Below, piece after piece: positions 1 to 13,687 of a stretch of DNA of 64,000 bases (positions are counted from its first letter, which is position 1; every line of letters starts with the position of its first letter). The translations under genes and the position numbers were made by a program. This stretch comes from Octopus sinensis (lineage: Eukaryota), in NCBI RefSeq assembly GCF_006345805.1, contig NC_043003.1, forward strand, positions 52,886,001 through 52,950,000, in the 5' to 3' direction. The notes below the pieces were generated by a model. That model was not told the DNA's origin. It made no database searches and was given only the letters and a program-made list of their open reading frames with translations.

Positions 1-3000
1 GTTCTTTGCTGTTCTAGTTTTAGTTGGATTTCATTTTTTTATAGCTTTTGTTGTTTCTCTTCTTCTTCTTCTTTCTTCTTCTTCTTCTTCTTCTCTTCTT
101 CTTCTTCTTCTTTCTTCTTCTTCTTCTTCTTCTTCTTCGTCTTCTTCTCTTCTTCTTCTTCTTCTTCTTCTTCTTCTTCTTCTTCTTCTTCTTCTTCTTC
201 TATTTGTTAGGTGATATGATTTCTTGTTTGTATTTGTCAGCTTCCTTAAATACTGAGAACAGTTTTTTTTTTGTGTCGTGTTTTGCCGCTATTTGTATCA
301 GTTTTCCTTCCTTCTGAAGTAATATTCTTGCAGTCCTATGGTGGTTATTTTATGTAGCTTTCCAGATGTATAAGGCCTCTACCACCTTCTATACGTTGTA
401 TATATAGTCTTTCTATGTCAGATTTTGGGTGATGCATCCTAGATCCTGTCATTATTTTTCTTGTTTTCCTATCTATTTTAGTCAGTTCATTTAGTGTCCA
501 GTTGAGGATATTGTAGCTGTAACTTATAACTGGGACAGCTAAAGTGTAATTAATACCTATTATCTTGTATTTAGCATTGAGCTCTGTCTTTAGGATTGAT
601 CTAACTCGTCTATAATATTCTCTTTCGTTTGTGTGTGTTGTGTCTTATCTAGTTCATGGATTCCTAAGTATTTGTAAGTTTGACTTTGGTCTAATTCTTT
701 TATTTCATTGTTTTATCTAGTGTGATGTTGCTACTCTTAACTAGTTTTCTTCTTTTCAGGGTTACTTTGGCGCATTTTTCTAATCCAAATTTCATATCTA
801 TTTCTTTGGTAAATCCATGAACTGTCTTTAATAGTGTTTCCAGCTGTTTGTCATTTGCAGCGTATAGTTTTAGGTCATCCATATATAAAAGGTGGCTGAT
901 CGTTTTGCCGTAACATTTATATCCGCATCCAGTTCTATTTAGCATATCAGATAGAGGTGACAGTGCCAAGCAGAAAAGGAGTGGAGAGAGCGTGTCTCCC
1001 TGGAATATTCCTCTTCTAATGGGGATGGCTTTGGTTTTCATGAGTCCCTCTTTTGTTTGGAGCTGTAGCACTGTTTGCCATTTATTCATAGAGTGTCCTA
1101 TGAATTTATAATTGTTGGTGCTACTTTGTTAATGGCTAGTGTTTCGAGAATCCATGTGTGGGGGATGCTATCAAACGCCTTTTTGTAGTCGATCCAGCCC
1201 ATACTGAGGCCTTTCTTCTTTCTGTGGCTGTCTTCAGTTATGGCTTTATTAATCATTAGTTGATCTTTACAGTCATATGAGCCTTTGCGGTATCCTTTCT
1301 GCTCTTCTGGAAACAGGTTGTTTTCGTCCAGGTGCTTGTTCAACCTTTGCGATATCACTGCAGTAAATGCCTTGTACATTGTAGGGAGACAGGTTATTGG
1401 TCTGTAGTTTTCTGGTTTTGCTGTCTCATTTGATTTGGGAATTAAGATGGTTTTCCCCTTCGTGAGCCATTCAGGCATTGTCTCTGGCTCTGCTAGTATG
1501 TTGTTAAAGTTTTCAGCCAGCTTTTTGTGCATTCCTGTTAGATATTTCAACCAGAAGTTGGGGATCTTGTCATGCCCAGGTGCCTTCCAGTTGCTTAGTC
1601 TTTGCAGTGCCTGGGTGACCTCTTCAGTTGTTATGGGGGTCCAAAGTTGCTCAGATGCTGAGTTTGTTGTTTTAATACTCCTTTTTTTTTGGTTGTTCGT
1701 TCGCAGACCATATTTCTCTCCAGAATTCTTCCACTTCCTCTGCCGTTGGTGCTGCAGTGATTTCTGTTTTATTTTTGCCAAGTTCTTGGTAGAAATTTTT
1801 GGGGTTGGAGTTGAACTTTTTGTTTTGTTCAAAGAAGCGCTGGCGTTTCTCGTACCGGCGGATCCTTTGTGCTTTGGCAAGGATATCTTACTTTAGTTTT
1901 TCTTTTATCTCAGGTAAATCTTTTTCTGTGATGTTGTATTTGCGGAGTATTTTTGTTTTCTTTTTGTTGCTCAGTAGCGTTGATTGTCTACTGATTTCAT
2001 TAAGAATCGACAGATCTTTTCTCATTTTTTGTATTTTGTTTTGGATGTTATTTATCCACAGGGTTTGTTTGGGTGGTGGTACTTCTGTTTGGATGGGTTT
2101 GAGTGAGTATCCAGTCAGTGATATCGTTTTTTGTTTCAGTGGCTATTAGTTCCGTGACGGCTAGGTTTATGCTGTTTATAATTGATGTTGTTGTTTCGTC
2201 TATTTTGATTTTTGGGAGGTATGATCGGTGGTCCATCTTGAGATCTGTGTTTTTCAGTTCTTTGATTATTCTACTTTTTATAGTATCATAATCATTAGGC
2301 TCCCCTTCGTTGTTTCCAGGTTTTACATTTGTGTCACTTTTTTTCACGTTCGTATGTTCGTTTGTCGTGTTTTGGCTTGCTGTTTGTCGTGTATTATTAT
2401 GCATCCTTACGGTCTGGGTTTGTTGTTTTTTGTTTACATCGTGTTTGTTGGGAATGTTACGTTTGTCTTCGTGTTTTATTGTTTCAGTGTTTATATTATA
2501 GGGCATTGTTGTGTGGCTTCTATCTACATTTTCCTGATGTATTTTTTCTTTTAGATGTTCTATTTCTATTTCTGATATTTTTTTTGCGTTGAGAATGTAT
2601 CTTCGTACGTTTGCTAGTTTATTAGGGTTCATTGCTGTATCCAAGTCTATATTTATGTTATTTTCCTTCCATATTTTATATGTATGTGTTGTTGTGTTTT
2701 CATTTTTTGGGTAGAGCACTGCTGTGATGTAAGCGTGTAAGATAGAAATGTATTCCTCACGTGTCCATTTATGTCTTTTGGGTTTTATTTGCGGGACATG
2801 AGGAACAACGTCCGACCCATTATTTTGACGGTCGTCATTTTCGTAGGGTACCCGGTCCGTTCATTTCTGTTGTCACATTGTTTTGCACGTGTAGTTTTTC
2901 GTACATTTTGTGTTGTAAGTTTAAAGTACGTACTTCCCGATTGTTATTCTTGGGTTGAATAATATCGGTGTTATTTAATTTCTTCGTAGTTCTTTTGTAC

Positions 3001-3277
3001 ATGGTGTTTGGGGTCGGGGGTGATCTGGTGTTGATGGATCGTAATGTTTCACGCATGTTTACATGTGTTGTGTTAGAGGTGGAGATGATATCGAGTTAAA
3101 ATACATAATTTCGTTTCGAAAATAGTAATAAATTTCAATGAGTATTACTTACTCGGATATAGTCCAGTCCTTTGTTAGTAAATTTTTGGCTCCATACGAT
3201 GTCTTTGTTTTCGATGTTTGTGGATAGATTTCGGAGCACTGTTTTATCGTTCTTACATCTTAAACGTCCCCGGTGGT

Positions 3278-3280
<3 letters not shown>
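1..3280 (-). mobile_element. R4/Dong-type (RLE clade) non-LTR retrotransposon, frameshifted; 3' part runs off the window start
   Basis: Minus ORFs 1098-1880 and 700-1089 carry RT motifs KAPGHDKI, NYRPITCL, DYKKAFDSIPH, RGIFQGDTLSPLLF and HLLYMDDLKLYA. By hand, HPKSDIERLY..GGRGL follows at ~370-440. The 5' end abuts the (TAA)n tract at 3281-3364; R4/Dong elements are known to target such repeats. Confidence 0.9.
56..200. repeat. (CTT)n/(GAA)n microsatellite inside the LINE ORF
   Basis: Near-pure TTC repeat read directly. Confidence 0.95.

Positions 3281-3364
<84 letters not shown>
3281..3364. repeat. (ATT)n microsatellite
   Basis: Read directly. Confidence 0.95.
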
Positions 3365-3365
<1 letters not shown>

Positions 3366-3366
<1 letters not shown>

Positions 3367-3578
3367 GGATAGCTGGCAGAATTGTTAATACACCGAGCAA
3401 AATGCTTAGCAGGATTTCGTCCGTCTTCACGTTCTGAGTTCAAATTCTGTCGAGGTCCATTTTGTCTTTCATCCTTCCAGGATCGGTAAAATAAGCACCA
3501 GTCGAGTACTGGGGTCGATGTTATCGTCTATCTCCCTCCACCAAATTTCAGTCCTCCTGCCTGTAGTAGAAAGGGTTA
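3366..3578 (+). mobile_element. tRNA-derived SINE family A (head ggcggcgagctggcaga; body ctttcatcctttcggggtcgataaa)
   Basis: A-box-like agctggcagaa, B-box-like gagttcaaattc; many copies in the window. Confidence 0.85.
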
Positions 3579-3649
3579 TTATTATTGTTATTATTTCATT
3601 TGTTACTGATGGTGTAATACATGTGCCAGCTGTCCATAACCAGTGGACT

Positions 3650-4066
3650 GAGATGGCATCTTCAAAACTTTTCTTAGTATTTTAGCAGTTCCACGGAATT
3701 TCGTTTTCTGTGAGCGCTTCACCCTGCTGTTGTTTTTAATTTTTTAAAAATAGTTTGTTTGTCCCACCTTATGGTTACTATATCCGGCCTTCGATGCTCT
3801 AACACCTTGTTTGTCTGGAAGTCAAGTCCCAGAGGATCTTTGTCTTGCCGTTTTCGACCATTGCCTTTTCTGTTGCATGTTATTACCAAACGCCCGTTAC
3901 CTCGTATCCATACTTACGGCATAATAGCCAGTGCAGGTTTAGGGCTGCTCTGTCGTGTCCCCGCTTGTACTCTTTCTGTGCAAGACTTTCACAAACACTA
4001 ACAATGTGAGTTATGCTTTCGACCTTTTTCCTACGCATTCTGCAGAAGTTTGTTGCACTTGTGTGG

Positions 4067-4120
<54 letters not shown>

Positions 4121-4127
4121 CTATATA

Positions 4128-4164
<37 letters not shown>

Positions 4165-6390
4165 TATCTTTTCCCTGAGTTGGTATTGAATGGCTGGTTC
4201 TGGTCAGCAATGATAAGACTTGCATTTTTTTTCTTAAGGTCGCCTTTGCTGAACCATCTCTCTGATGCGTCCTGGTCTTTTAAGTTGTTAGTTTCACGGT
4301 GGAATTGACTATGTATTTCCATGCAGAGCAGTGCTTTTTCTCTCTCGTTTCCTATTCGTGATCGGAATTCATTAGCACTCTCAACTCCATTGTTGGTAAA
4401 TCCTTCAGCATTAGCAGTATACAGTAGGAGGTCTTGTTCGCTGTTTACCAAATACTCTGTTATGTTTCTTCTTTCACTGTCGATGCACTCGCGTGTACTA
4501 ATCAGGCCACGTTCACCTTTACAGCTCTTCATGTACAGCCTGTGCGCATTCGCCTTATGGTGGAGGCACTATGCATTGTCATCGCCTTTCGGGTAGTGCG
4601 ATCGAACTGGCCAATCTCTACTCGTGTTCATTTTAGAATGGGCGTTTTATAGCGGACTACAGCAACAGACCATATGTTGATAATAGTCACAACATACCTT
4701 GCGTTCAGTTTCGACTTCAAGAGAAGTTTGAGGCGCTCAAATATGCAGTGGTGATCTTGTCTTTCATTTCTCTGTGCAAGGTACTTGTGCCCATCATCAT
4801 CCAGGCCTCCCATTCGCTCTCTATTTGACAATCCGCTCTTTTCCCCTGTTTCAAAGTCAGCAACTCACACTCTGAGATCCTGAATTCCATTCCTATATCC
4901 TTGCTACTCATCTGTTCAATCTCAATCAGCCTCTCCATTTCGGCCTCTGTTTTTGCGAACAATTTTTATCATCCATGAAGAGAATGCGGTAAAGACGAGG
5001 TCCATTCTTCCTCAGCTAGTGGTGCGCGCTGACTTTGCGTAGAACTACGGAGAGTGGGATGACGGCTACACAAAATAGCATAGGTGAACAAGAATCTCCC
5101 TGGAAGATACCTCTTTTGATTGTTACCTCGGCTAAGCGATGGTTATTACCGAAAAGACGTGTTTTCCAACTAGACAAGTTGTTTTTGATTATTACACACA
5201 CGCTGTCAGTAATTCCACACATGTCGAGTGTTTCTAGAATCCACCAACGTCGTAAGCCTTTTTTGTAATCCATGTACATGTCTTTTGGGTTCCGTTTGCT
5301 GTTCTTCATTACGACCTTGTCTATCACAAGGTGGTTCTTGGTGCCCTTGAGTCCTTTCTGGCATCTTCTTTTATTCTACTGGAGGTAGAGTGTTTTCCGC
5401 AAGGAACGTATATATTTTCCCTGCCAGGATGCCTGTTAACACTTTTCATAAGAGGTTAAGACAAGCAATGGGTCGGTAATTGCCAATTCCATTGCCCCTT
5501 GACCGATCTTTCTACGATCCATTCCGGAACGGCACCATTCTGTAGACAATTGTCTAATTGCCATCCAATTCGTTTGTGTGTTGACCTGAATCACTTGAGC
5601 CAGTAGCCTTGGATTCCATTTGTCTCTGCCGCTCTCCAGTTTGGCAGTTTTGATACCTGTGTTATTACATCTTCCGTTGTTATGCGTACATGATACTGTC
5701 TTGGATCCTGTTGATGGAGGCTGGATCTCATGGAATGAATCCACCCAGAACCGTGGTTGCGGGAAATCTCTTGCCCCCAGATTTTATTCCGAAATTGGCA
5801 GTTTTCTCTGCTTCAGGAGGTATATTATTTTCTGTTTCCACCTAAACTCTTAGAAAATTGCCTCTAGTTATTTGTGAATAGTCTGTTTTGCTGGAACTGT
5901 GATATGCGATCAATGTAGCATTGTACCTTCAATATTTTTGTTCGAGCACGTTGTGTTAGGGTTTCGATACCAGTTTTGGATCTTTCCTTTTTTATATGAT
6001 ACTTTGTTTTAAGATATGCCTTCACATCTTCCTTAGTATGTTTCCATTCCCTTTGGACCATTCTTTTATGCGATTCGGATCTTTACGCAAGGTTTTAATA
6101 TCACCTTCGATTCTCCGTGTCCACCTGCTTTCCTCTTTTTTTTTTCCAGCCAGTTCACCTACTGAAATTAGCATATCTAATCAAGTCCCTTGTTTCCGAT
6201 TTTTCAAAAACCAGTTCACCTACTAAAATAGAAGTAGATCTAATCAAGTCCCTTGTTTACGATGGATCTTTGGTTGGAATGGACTTCTGGAACCCATCAA
6301 CCTTTTGGGTCGCGTGTTTCATTCTGTCAATGTCGGAGCATCTCAAATTCATTTGTTCGACGATCTCTTCTCTTGTAATAATCATTTCCT
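3650..6390 (-). mobile_element. Older R4/Dong-type LINE, heavily degenerate, with RT, CCHC finger and RLE nuclease
   Basis: ORF 5016-5327 KRGIFQGDSCSPMLF. By hand: C..C..H..C finger at ~3980-4050, LWD..FQT.KVLEHRRPDIV at ~3775-3840, terminal GTAKILRKVL at ~3660-3695. Interrupted by (TA)n at 4067-4167. Confidence 0.85.
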
Positions 6391-6397
6391 CGCGTCG

Positions 6398-6543
6398 TCT
6401 TCTTCTTCTTCTTCTTCTTCTTCTTCTTCTTCTTCTTCTTCTTCTTCTTCTTCTTCTTCTTCTTCTTCTTCTTCTTCTCTCTTCTTCTTCTTCTCTCTTC
6501 TTCTTCTTCTTATTCTTCTTCTTCTTATTATATTATTATTATT
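6398..6543. repeat. (CTT)n grading into (ATT)n
   Basis: Read directly. Confidence 0.95.
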
Positions 6544-6735
6544 GAGTGAGAGAGCAGTGCATGCCATCAAAGTGACACTGGGGTAAAATATACGAAGCCC
6601 AATATACCCATCATGACTACCCGTCTGATAAGGTACACCAGGCACATGCATCACAACCATATGTGCGCGACATGGTGATCTCATATCAAGATAAACAGCA
6701 CTTGACCTTGCAGGTGGGGCCCAGTTAGAATTTTC
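6544..6735 (-). mobile_element. Short unique segment between microsatellites; probable 3' UTR of a microsatellite-targeting LINE with an (AAT)n tail
   Basis: On the minus strand it ends ctctctcactc followed by aataat repeats; flanked by trinucleotide tracts on both sides. Confidence 0.5.
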
Positions 6736-7239
<504 letters not shown>

Positions 7240-7795
7240 CCTGAAGTGAAACGTAACAACGTACTGTTTGCACAAACTTTGTCTTTACTTATACTATACA
7301 AGCTGAACACCAGTAAATGACACAAGCCTAATTAGTTTCGGTTTGTAGGAGGCCAGCGAAAATATTCATTTATTTTTCGCTCTGTCTTTGTTAATCGTGG
7401 CTATCCTGAGGGTGTCGTGTGGCCAGTATCTTCTGTTGAGCAGGCCTCAATAGATTGAATTTAGGAGCTGTTAAATGACAACGCGCTGCAAGGCGATAAG
7501 AATTAACTGTATTTGGAGAGAAACATAGGATAGCCTCTCTAACAACCATCCTCTCTTTTTTTTTTTTTTTTTGCAACCTCCAGCCACTACATTTTATTCG
7601 AAATATGGATCTATTCGTTTCTATTGTCTTCTGTAACACTCCATTGTAAAGTTTCTATAAAGATATATGTTATTTGTTTTCTCTTCAGAAAAAATGTTTT
7701 CAGATCCTTTTGTTATATTTCTTGCAAGTGTCCCTTTCTCCTATAGGTATATCGAATACATAGCATTGTTTATCACGCTTTCTTTGTTTCTTTAA

Positions 7796-9170
7796 CACAC
7801 ACCACACACACACACACCACACACACACACAAACAAACACAACTTTTCCTCCCTCCCTTCTCTCTTTTACTCTTTGCTTTCCATTTTAGGTTTCTGTCTA
7901 TCACTAGCGTAAACTTTCATATCCTCCTCGTTCATTTCCTCATACTGTCTTATGTAGGATGTTCGCACTTTCATTCGCTTTAGTGTAGAAGTCTTTTAGC
8001 TTCTGATACAACGGTTAGGAATTATCTTAGAGATTCTTACTTTACACGTTACGTTTCTTTAACTCTTTCCCTGAATTTAAATGGAAAATTGTCATATGGA
8101 AAATTGTCCAATTGTCCTGTTTTGATCAGTGATTCTTACTCTGTATTGGAGGCTTTGTGGGCTCACAAGGGTTGCAGAGATTTGTGTACGAGTCAGACAT
8201 TGTGTTATTAGTGAGCAGAAAACATAACTGATGATGCGCCAAGATCCAATATAACTTTATTGTAAAGTCCTTGCTTTACTCTTTTACTTGTTTCAGTCAT
8301 TTGACTGTGGCCATGCTGGAGCACTGCCTTTAGTCGAGCAAATCGACCCCAGGACTTATTCTTTATAAGCCTAGTACTTATTCTACTAAGTTACGGGGAC
8401 ATAAACACACCAGCATCGGTTGTCAAGCGATGTTGAGGGGACAAACACAGACACACAAACATACACATACACACCACACGCACACGCACACACACACCAC
8501 ACACACACACAAACAAACACAACTTTTCCTCCCTCCCTTCTCTCTTTTACTCTTTGCTTTCCATTTTAGGTTTCTGTCTATCACTAGCGTAAACTTTCAT
8601 ATCCTCCTCGTTCATTTCCTCATACTGTCTTATGTAGGATGTTCGCACTTTCATTCGCTTTAGTGTAGAAGTCTTTTAGCTTCTGATACAACGGTTAGGA
8701 ATTATCTTAGAGATTCTTACTTTACACGTTACGTTTCTTTAACTCTTTCCCTGAATTTAAATCATATGGAAAATTGTCCAATTGTCCTGTTTTGATCAGT
8801 GATTCTTACTCTGTATTGGAGGCTTTGTGGGCTCACAAGGGTTGCAGAGATTAGTGTACGAGTCAGACATTGTGTTATTAGTGAGCAGAAAACATAACTG
8901 ATGATGCGCCAAGATCCAATATAACTTTATTGTAAAGTCCTTGCTTTACTCTTTTACTTGTTTCAGTCATTTGACTGTGGCCATGCTGGAGCACTGCCTT
9001 TAGTCGAGCAAATCGACCCCAGGACTTATTCTTTATAAGCCTAGTACTTATTCTACTAAGTTACGGGGACATAAACACACCAGCATCGGTTGTCAAGCGA
9101 TGTTGAGGGGACAAACACAGACACACAAACATACACATACACACCACACGCACACGCACACACACACCAC
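7796..9170. repeat. Direct tandem duplication, unit ~680 bp, breakpoints in (CA)n
   Basis: aaacaaacacaacttttcc at 7831 and 8511; visible differences are one 10-bp indel (~8081-8092) and one substitution. Confidence 0.92.
8276..8460 (-). mobile_element. SINE family B, 3' half (duplicated copy)
   Basis: tcagtcatttgactgtggccatgctggagcac...gttgtcaagcgatg, shared with other B copies. Confidence 0.85.
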
Positions 9171-9343
9171 ATATATATATATATATACGACGGGCTGCTT
9201 CAGTTTCCGTCTACCAAATCCACTGACAAGGCTTTGGTCGGCCCGAGGCTGTAGTAGAAGACACTTGCCCAGGGTGCCACGTAGTGGGACTGAACCCGGA
9301 ACCATGTGGTTCGCAAGCAAGCTACTTCCCACACAGCCACTCC
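8946..9343 (-). mobile_element. SINE family B, full length, with internal microsatellite
   Basis: Minus-strand head ggagtggctgtgtgg..ggttcagtccc (A/B boxes), ctgggcaagtgtctt core, internal (TA)/(TG) tract. Confidence 0.88.
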
Positions 9344-9849
9344 TTTCTTTAAGAATTTTTAAAAAATGTAACCTAGGACATACATTTCTACACAAATATC
9401 TAAAAAGCACTTACTAGATGGGACAGTGTAAGGAAATAATGATAATAAACAATTGATCAATATTGACTTTTGTTTGATTAAAATAATCTGTTATTTTCTT
9501 GTGAAGACATGCAAAAGAGATGTTTGTAAAACGTCATTAAATGAAAAGAGGCTGTTACAGCTGAGAAACAATTGTTTTGACGATTATTAATAAAACTTGC
9601 TATTTTACTCTCCTAAGGGTGTTAGAGTGAAGAAAAGGATCATAATCGCTGGTCGATATTGAATGCAGGATAATTATTTTTTTTATTTGATTCAAGTTAC
9701 AAAATTTCTTCCGGACCTGCAACAATCTCTATATAGATTAATTTTCGATATTCGATTTAAATAATTTATAATAAGAATCTCTGACAGCCCATACGCTCTA
9801 CTTCCGACCCATAAAGGCAGCCAATGGCTGACTGAAACTAGACCCGTAA

Positions 9850-11180
9850 ACATGTTCCTCCACGTAATACACAACTCAAACTCACAAAACCAACCCCTCC
9901 AAGTGATTCATTCAAAGCTAAGCTATAGCAAAGACCATGGTCTACAACGCTTGGAGGCTATGACACCATATAAACTGGGTTCCATTCAACTATACAACAC
10001 ATGCAAGGAAATCTTTTGAATCACGAAAGATGACTTCCTACAATTCATCATTTGCAATCTGTCCCTCCTCCCAAACTAAGAGAAATATTTTTTTGTCCAA
10101 AGTCAAAAGAATATCTACTAACTTTATAGAATCCTATTTTCATCTTGTTCTTAACTATGATGGTTCCGTAAGCAATATGGGTGTATATCTCCTTTCTGTA
10201 AGGAATATCCTATTACTTACATATTCAATATTACAAAGTCAATGGAAATTGTTATTAATATTCTTCATCATCCCTTCAAATCTATTTTCCTTATCAATGT
10301 TTCTATAGTACAATTTCCGCAGAGCCAGACATACAGTAGACTTACTTCTGTATCACTACCTTCTGATAGTTTTGACAAAAGTAAATTTGTTGGCCTTGAA
10401 ATAAATCAAGTCCCGAGTTTCGACTGTATGTCACATATTGTTATATTAAATTCCTCTTCGTGCTACTTCAAACAACTCACACCATATACATAGATGTACC
10501 ATTTTTAATGCTTCTTTAATCTTTCTGTCCATATTATGCACCAGTCACTTCTCTTGCCAGACTTGAAATTCATGGAACATTAGCCTTTTTCTTTTTCCAG
10601 AACGAAAACACAACCAACAAAGCGTTTCAAACAGCCTCATCTGTATACAGCAACAAACACACCTAAAATTATCAAAGCCACTGCAAATCCTAAAGTCTTA
10701 AGTTTCTGAAACTATATATTGGAATTTGATTTCTTTCTATAAAACTAGAGAATAGATAAAATCTAATTGGTTGTTAATTCTCTAAGAGCCAGTAAGTGCA
10801 TCTAGCTTAAAGTATAACTCATATATCTGAAAGGATGCATTGCTGCAGCAAACAAACTGAAGCAGCCTTCATGTTCTTGTTCTATCTTCTAGAAATAACA
10901 GCCAAATATCGTTCAAAACACTCCTTGCATTCTTTAGAAAAAACAATAATATAGAGCCACATTGGAAGAACTTTGACCATGAGACTGCAAGGTAAGGGTA
11001 AACCTGGGGTTCACAACAGCAACAAACTGGACTGCATCTCTCACATTCTCCCACTCTTTGCTTAGTCTGCAACAAGCACCAACTTAAAACTAAAATGCTG
11101 GAATTTACTTTCTAACCTTGGTTTCCAACAAGGAACTACAAAGATCTTGGATGAGACCTTGACATCTTCGTTGAAGAAAT
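9850..11180 (+). pseudogene. Possible very old hAT transposase relic
   Basis: Only scattered motifs: YDGSVSNMG (~10156) and LTMRLQGK (~10972) resemble hAT DGAxNM and LNxxLQGK; no continuous frame. Confidence 0.3.
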
Positions 11181-11608
11181 AATATTAGAAAAATACATAG
11201 CGGTGATTGTCTCCTGCTAGCGGTGTAAACAAGAATGCTCAAATGCACCACAAAACTATATGAGAGAGAAATTCTCTCATTGTTAATATCTCAGTATTGT
11301 ATGTTCTTACACAATATCCATTTTATGTGTTAATAAATTTTACTTTTTGATATCAATACTACTTCTGTCGCTTTAATTAATAGAAAAGTAGTTGGGATAA
11401 TGTGGTCTACGATTCACAATTCCCTCATAATAGAAACCGGGCTTAAACACAGGAGCTTCAGTAGCTAGAATTGGGTTTCGACTAGTTTTCTTCCATTGTA
11501 GTCTAGTCAGTGATTGCTTACATCGCTGTTTACTCAAGTTTAGATTCATGACAGATCTTATAAATACATAAGCAAAAGTATGTCATGCACAACGAACTTT
11601 ACATAATA

Positions 11609-11733
11609 TTTTCTACTCTAGGCACAAGGCCCGAAATTTTTGGGGAGGGGCTAGCCGATTAGATCGACCCCAGTACATAACTGGTACTTATTTAATCGGC
11701 CCAGAAAGGATGAAAGGCAAAGTCAACTTCGGC
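11609..11733 (-). mobile_element. SINE family A fragment
   Basis: gaaaggatgaaaggcaaagtcaac is the reverse complement of the family A core. Confidence 0.8.
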
Positions 11734-12063
11734 GTGTCATAGTGCTAGTGCATGCATATACAACTGCGTGCGTGCGCACATACACGCGAGTACTGTCCAA
11801 ATCTCCGGCCAATCACATACAGCTAGCTGGCATTCAATTGGCGTATGAAGTTTCGGGCATTTGGATTGGGTTTTGGATAGAAAATTCACAAAAAGTCACT
11901 TCTATTCATTTTTTAATGGCTTTGCGGGGAAATGTAAAGATGTGCACGACCACCCTTGGACGGTTTTGAATGACCATAGAAAGTGCGAGCCCTCTAACTA
12001 AAGATTGTGGATTTGTATAAAGGACACACACACAGACATTTTGCCGTTTATATATATAGAGAT
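11730..12063 (-). mobile_element. Probable non-autonomous Helitron
   Basis: Minus strand starts A|TCTCTATATATATAAA..tgtctgtgtgtgt, typical of non-autonomous Helitron 5' ends; CTAG at ~11745 near the truncated other end. Confidence 0.5.
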
Positions 12064-12741
12064 ACGTGCATTCGAACGTAGCAGGTAACAGCTAGCCATT
12101 GGCCGCTATTTAGACCTCGTTGAGTCCACTATTCTGATTGGTTGGTATTGACGCAATTTGCTGCGTATAACCAATCACGTGAGGACAACCTGTTCTCAAC
12201 CCAGTTTTGAACCTATAGCTCCTTATAAAATATCACTTTCTCCTTGTTTCGAGGTCTTTCGGTTCTAGGTCTAGCCACTGACCACACAAGACACAGCCAG
12301 TTCCAGCGATGACACCACAGCATCTACGTTGAGACCTACCAATTTCGTCTAACAGCATTACGGCAATCTCTTTCTTCGTCGCCACCATCATCTTCTCAAC
12401 TTCGTGAACATCATCTCTAAGTACACAGCTCAACCAGGAACTCGCCCAGCTTCCGACACTTATCTGTTCGTGAATTACTCCACCATGGATCAACAGCGAA
12501 GATACAACCTACAAGAACTCCTGTACCAAGTTACCCGGGCAGCAACATCGCAGCTACGACTTCATGTACGACATGTACCTGTAACAAGCTCAGCATCATG
12601 GCCACAACTTCTTGCTGCAGTATTTCAACGACCGTGTACAAATGACTACAAACTGGCATTCTCATTCTTGTGTCTATGAATTTCTCACTTCGATGGCTAT
12701 AGACTCTTTCACTATCATCTTCTTCTTCATTGCCATTCTTA

Positions 12742-13253
12742 CTGTAAATCCTCGAGTATAGTTCGCCCTTGAGTATAATACGCACAGGATTTTTTGGGAG
12801 ATGTACCTCTGAAAAACCTAAACGTTGTGTATAATACGCACCCCTTCTCAAACTTGAGTCAAGGAGGTCTATATAACGTTCTTGGTTTGTAAAAATGTAT
12901 ACGGTAACGTCCTTTATTATTATTGTATATATAACATAATGCAAATGTGTAACTTTTTTGCGCATTTTGTTTGCAGAAAATAACAAAATAACAGTAATAA
13001 CGTTTAATAAATGTTGCTTACTGCAAGTTATGGATGATTCTTTTATGACTTCATTGCTTTCAGGCTTAGCTTAAGGTATTTTCGCGCCCGACATCACAAA
13101 ATGCGTCTGAATAAACATTGCCGGACAGCAAATAGAGACTCGGACATTGCTAAGAAAATATTTTTCATTTTTAACCTCGTATATAGTACGCACTAGGGAT
13201 TTTGACCTTTAAATTTTGGGAAAAAACTGCGGATCATACTCGAGGATTTACGG
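12742..13253 (-). mobile_element. pogo/Tc2-like MITE, copy 1
   Basis: TIRs of consensus CCGTAAATCCTCGAGTATA, TA target duplication; inverted relative to copies at 52671 and 56699. Confidence 0.9.
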
Positions 13254-13687
13254 TATATATTCTTCACACGCGCATATAATCTAAGCTTACACACACACGC
13301 ATACATTTAGTTCTCATGACGGCCTGTCTTATTCTGTATACATGACGCACACGACACACATGTTATTACATCAATAAATCTTCTCTTAACCATTCTACTC
13401 GGTTGTGTTTCTTTTTTCTCTCTGGCACTTATATGCACTATATTATTTTATACTTCTTGTATCGACCGTGTGAGCGTACGCTACAACATAAGGATACAAG
13501 TTTGACGGCAGGGAATTAATAACGAAAGGCACGGACACTGTATGGTTATGAATGAGCATATTCTTAGTTTCACGAGGTTAAACATTAGAAGCTGTTTACA
13601 TTTCCATTTATAAACATTGGCTGACAAATGACTTCCGTACTCATAATTGTTTTTTAAAATATTATTTTCGTACTTTCTTTTACATTT

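Larger units (their letters stand above)
11497..13485 (+). mobile_element. Solo LTR carrying three nested insertions
   Basis: Termini TGTAG (11497) and CTACA (13485); flanks CCAT/ACAT (4-bp TSD with one mismatch); internal CCAAT motifs, TATAAAA at ~12224, AATAAA at ~13373. Confidence 0.6.

Noticed and set aside
3100-3280. HDV-like ribozyme at the R4 LINE 5' end
   Set aside because: Expected for some RLE LINEs, but I could not build the nested double pseudoknot by eye.
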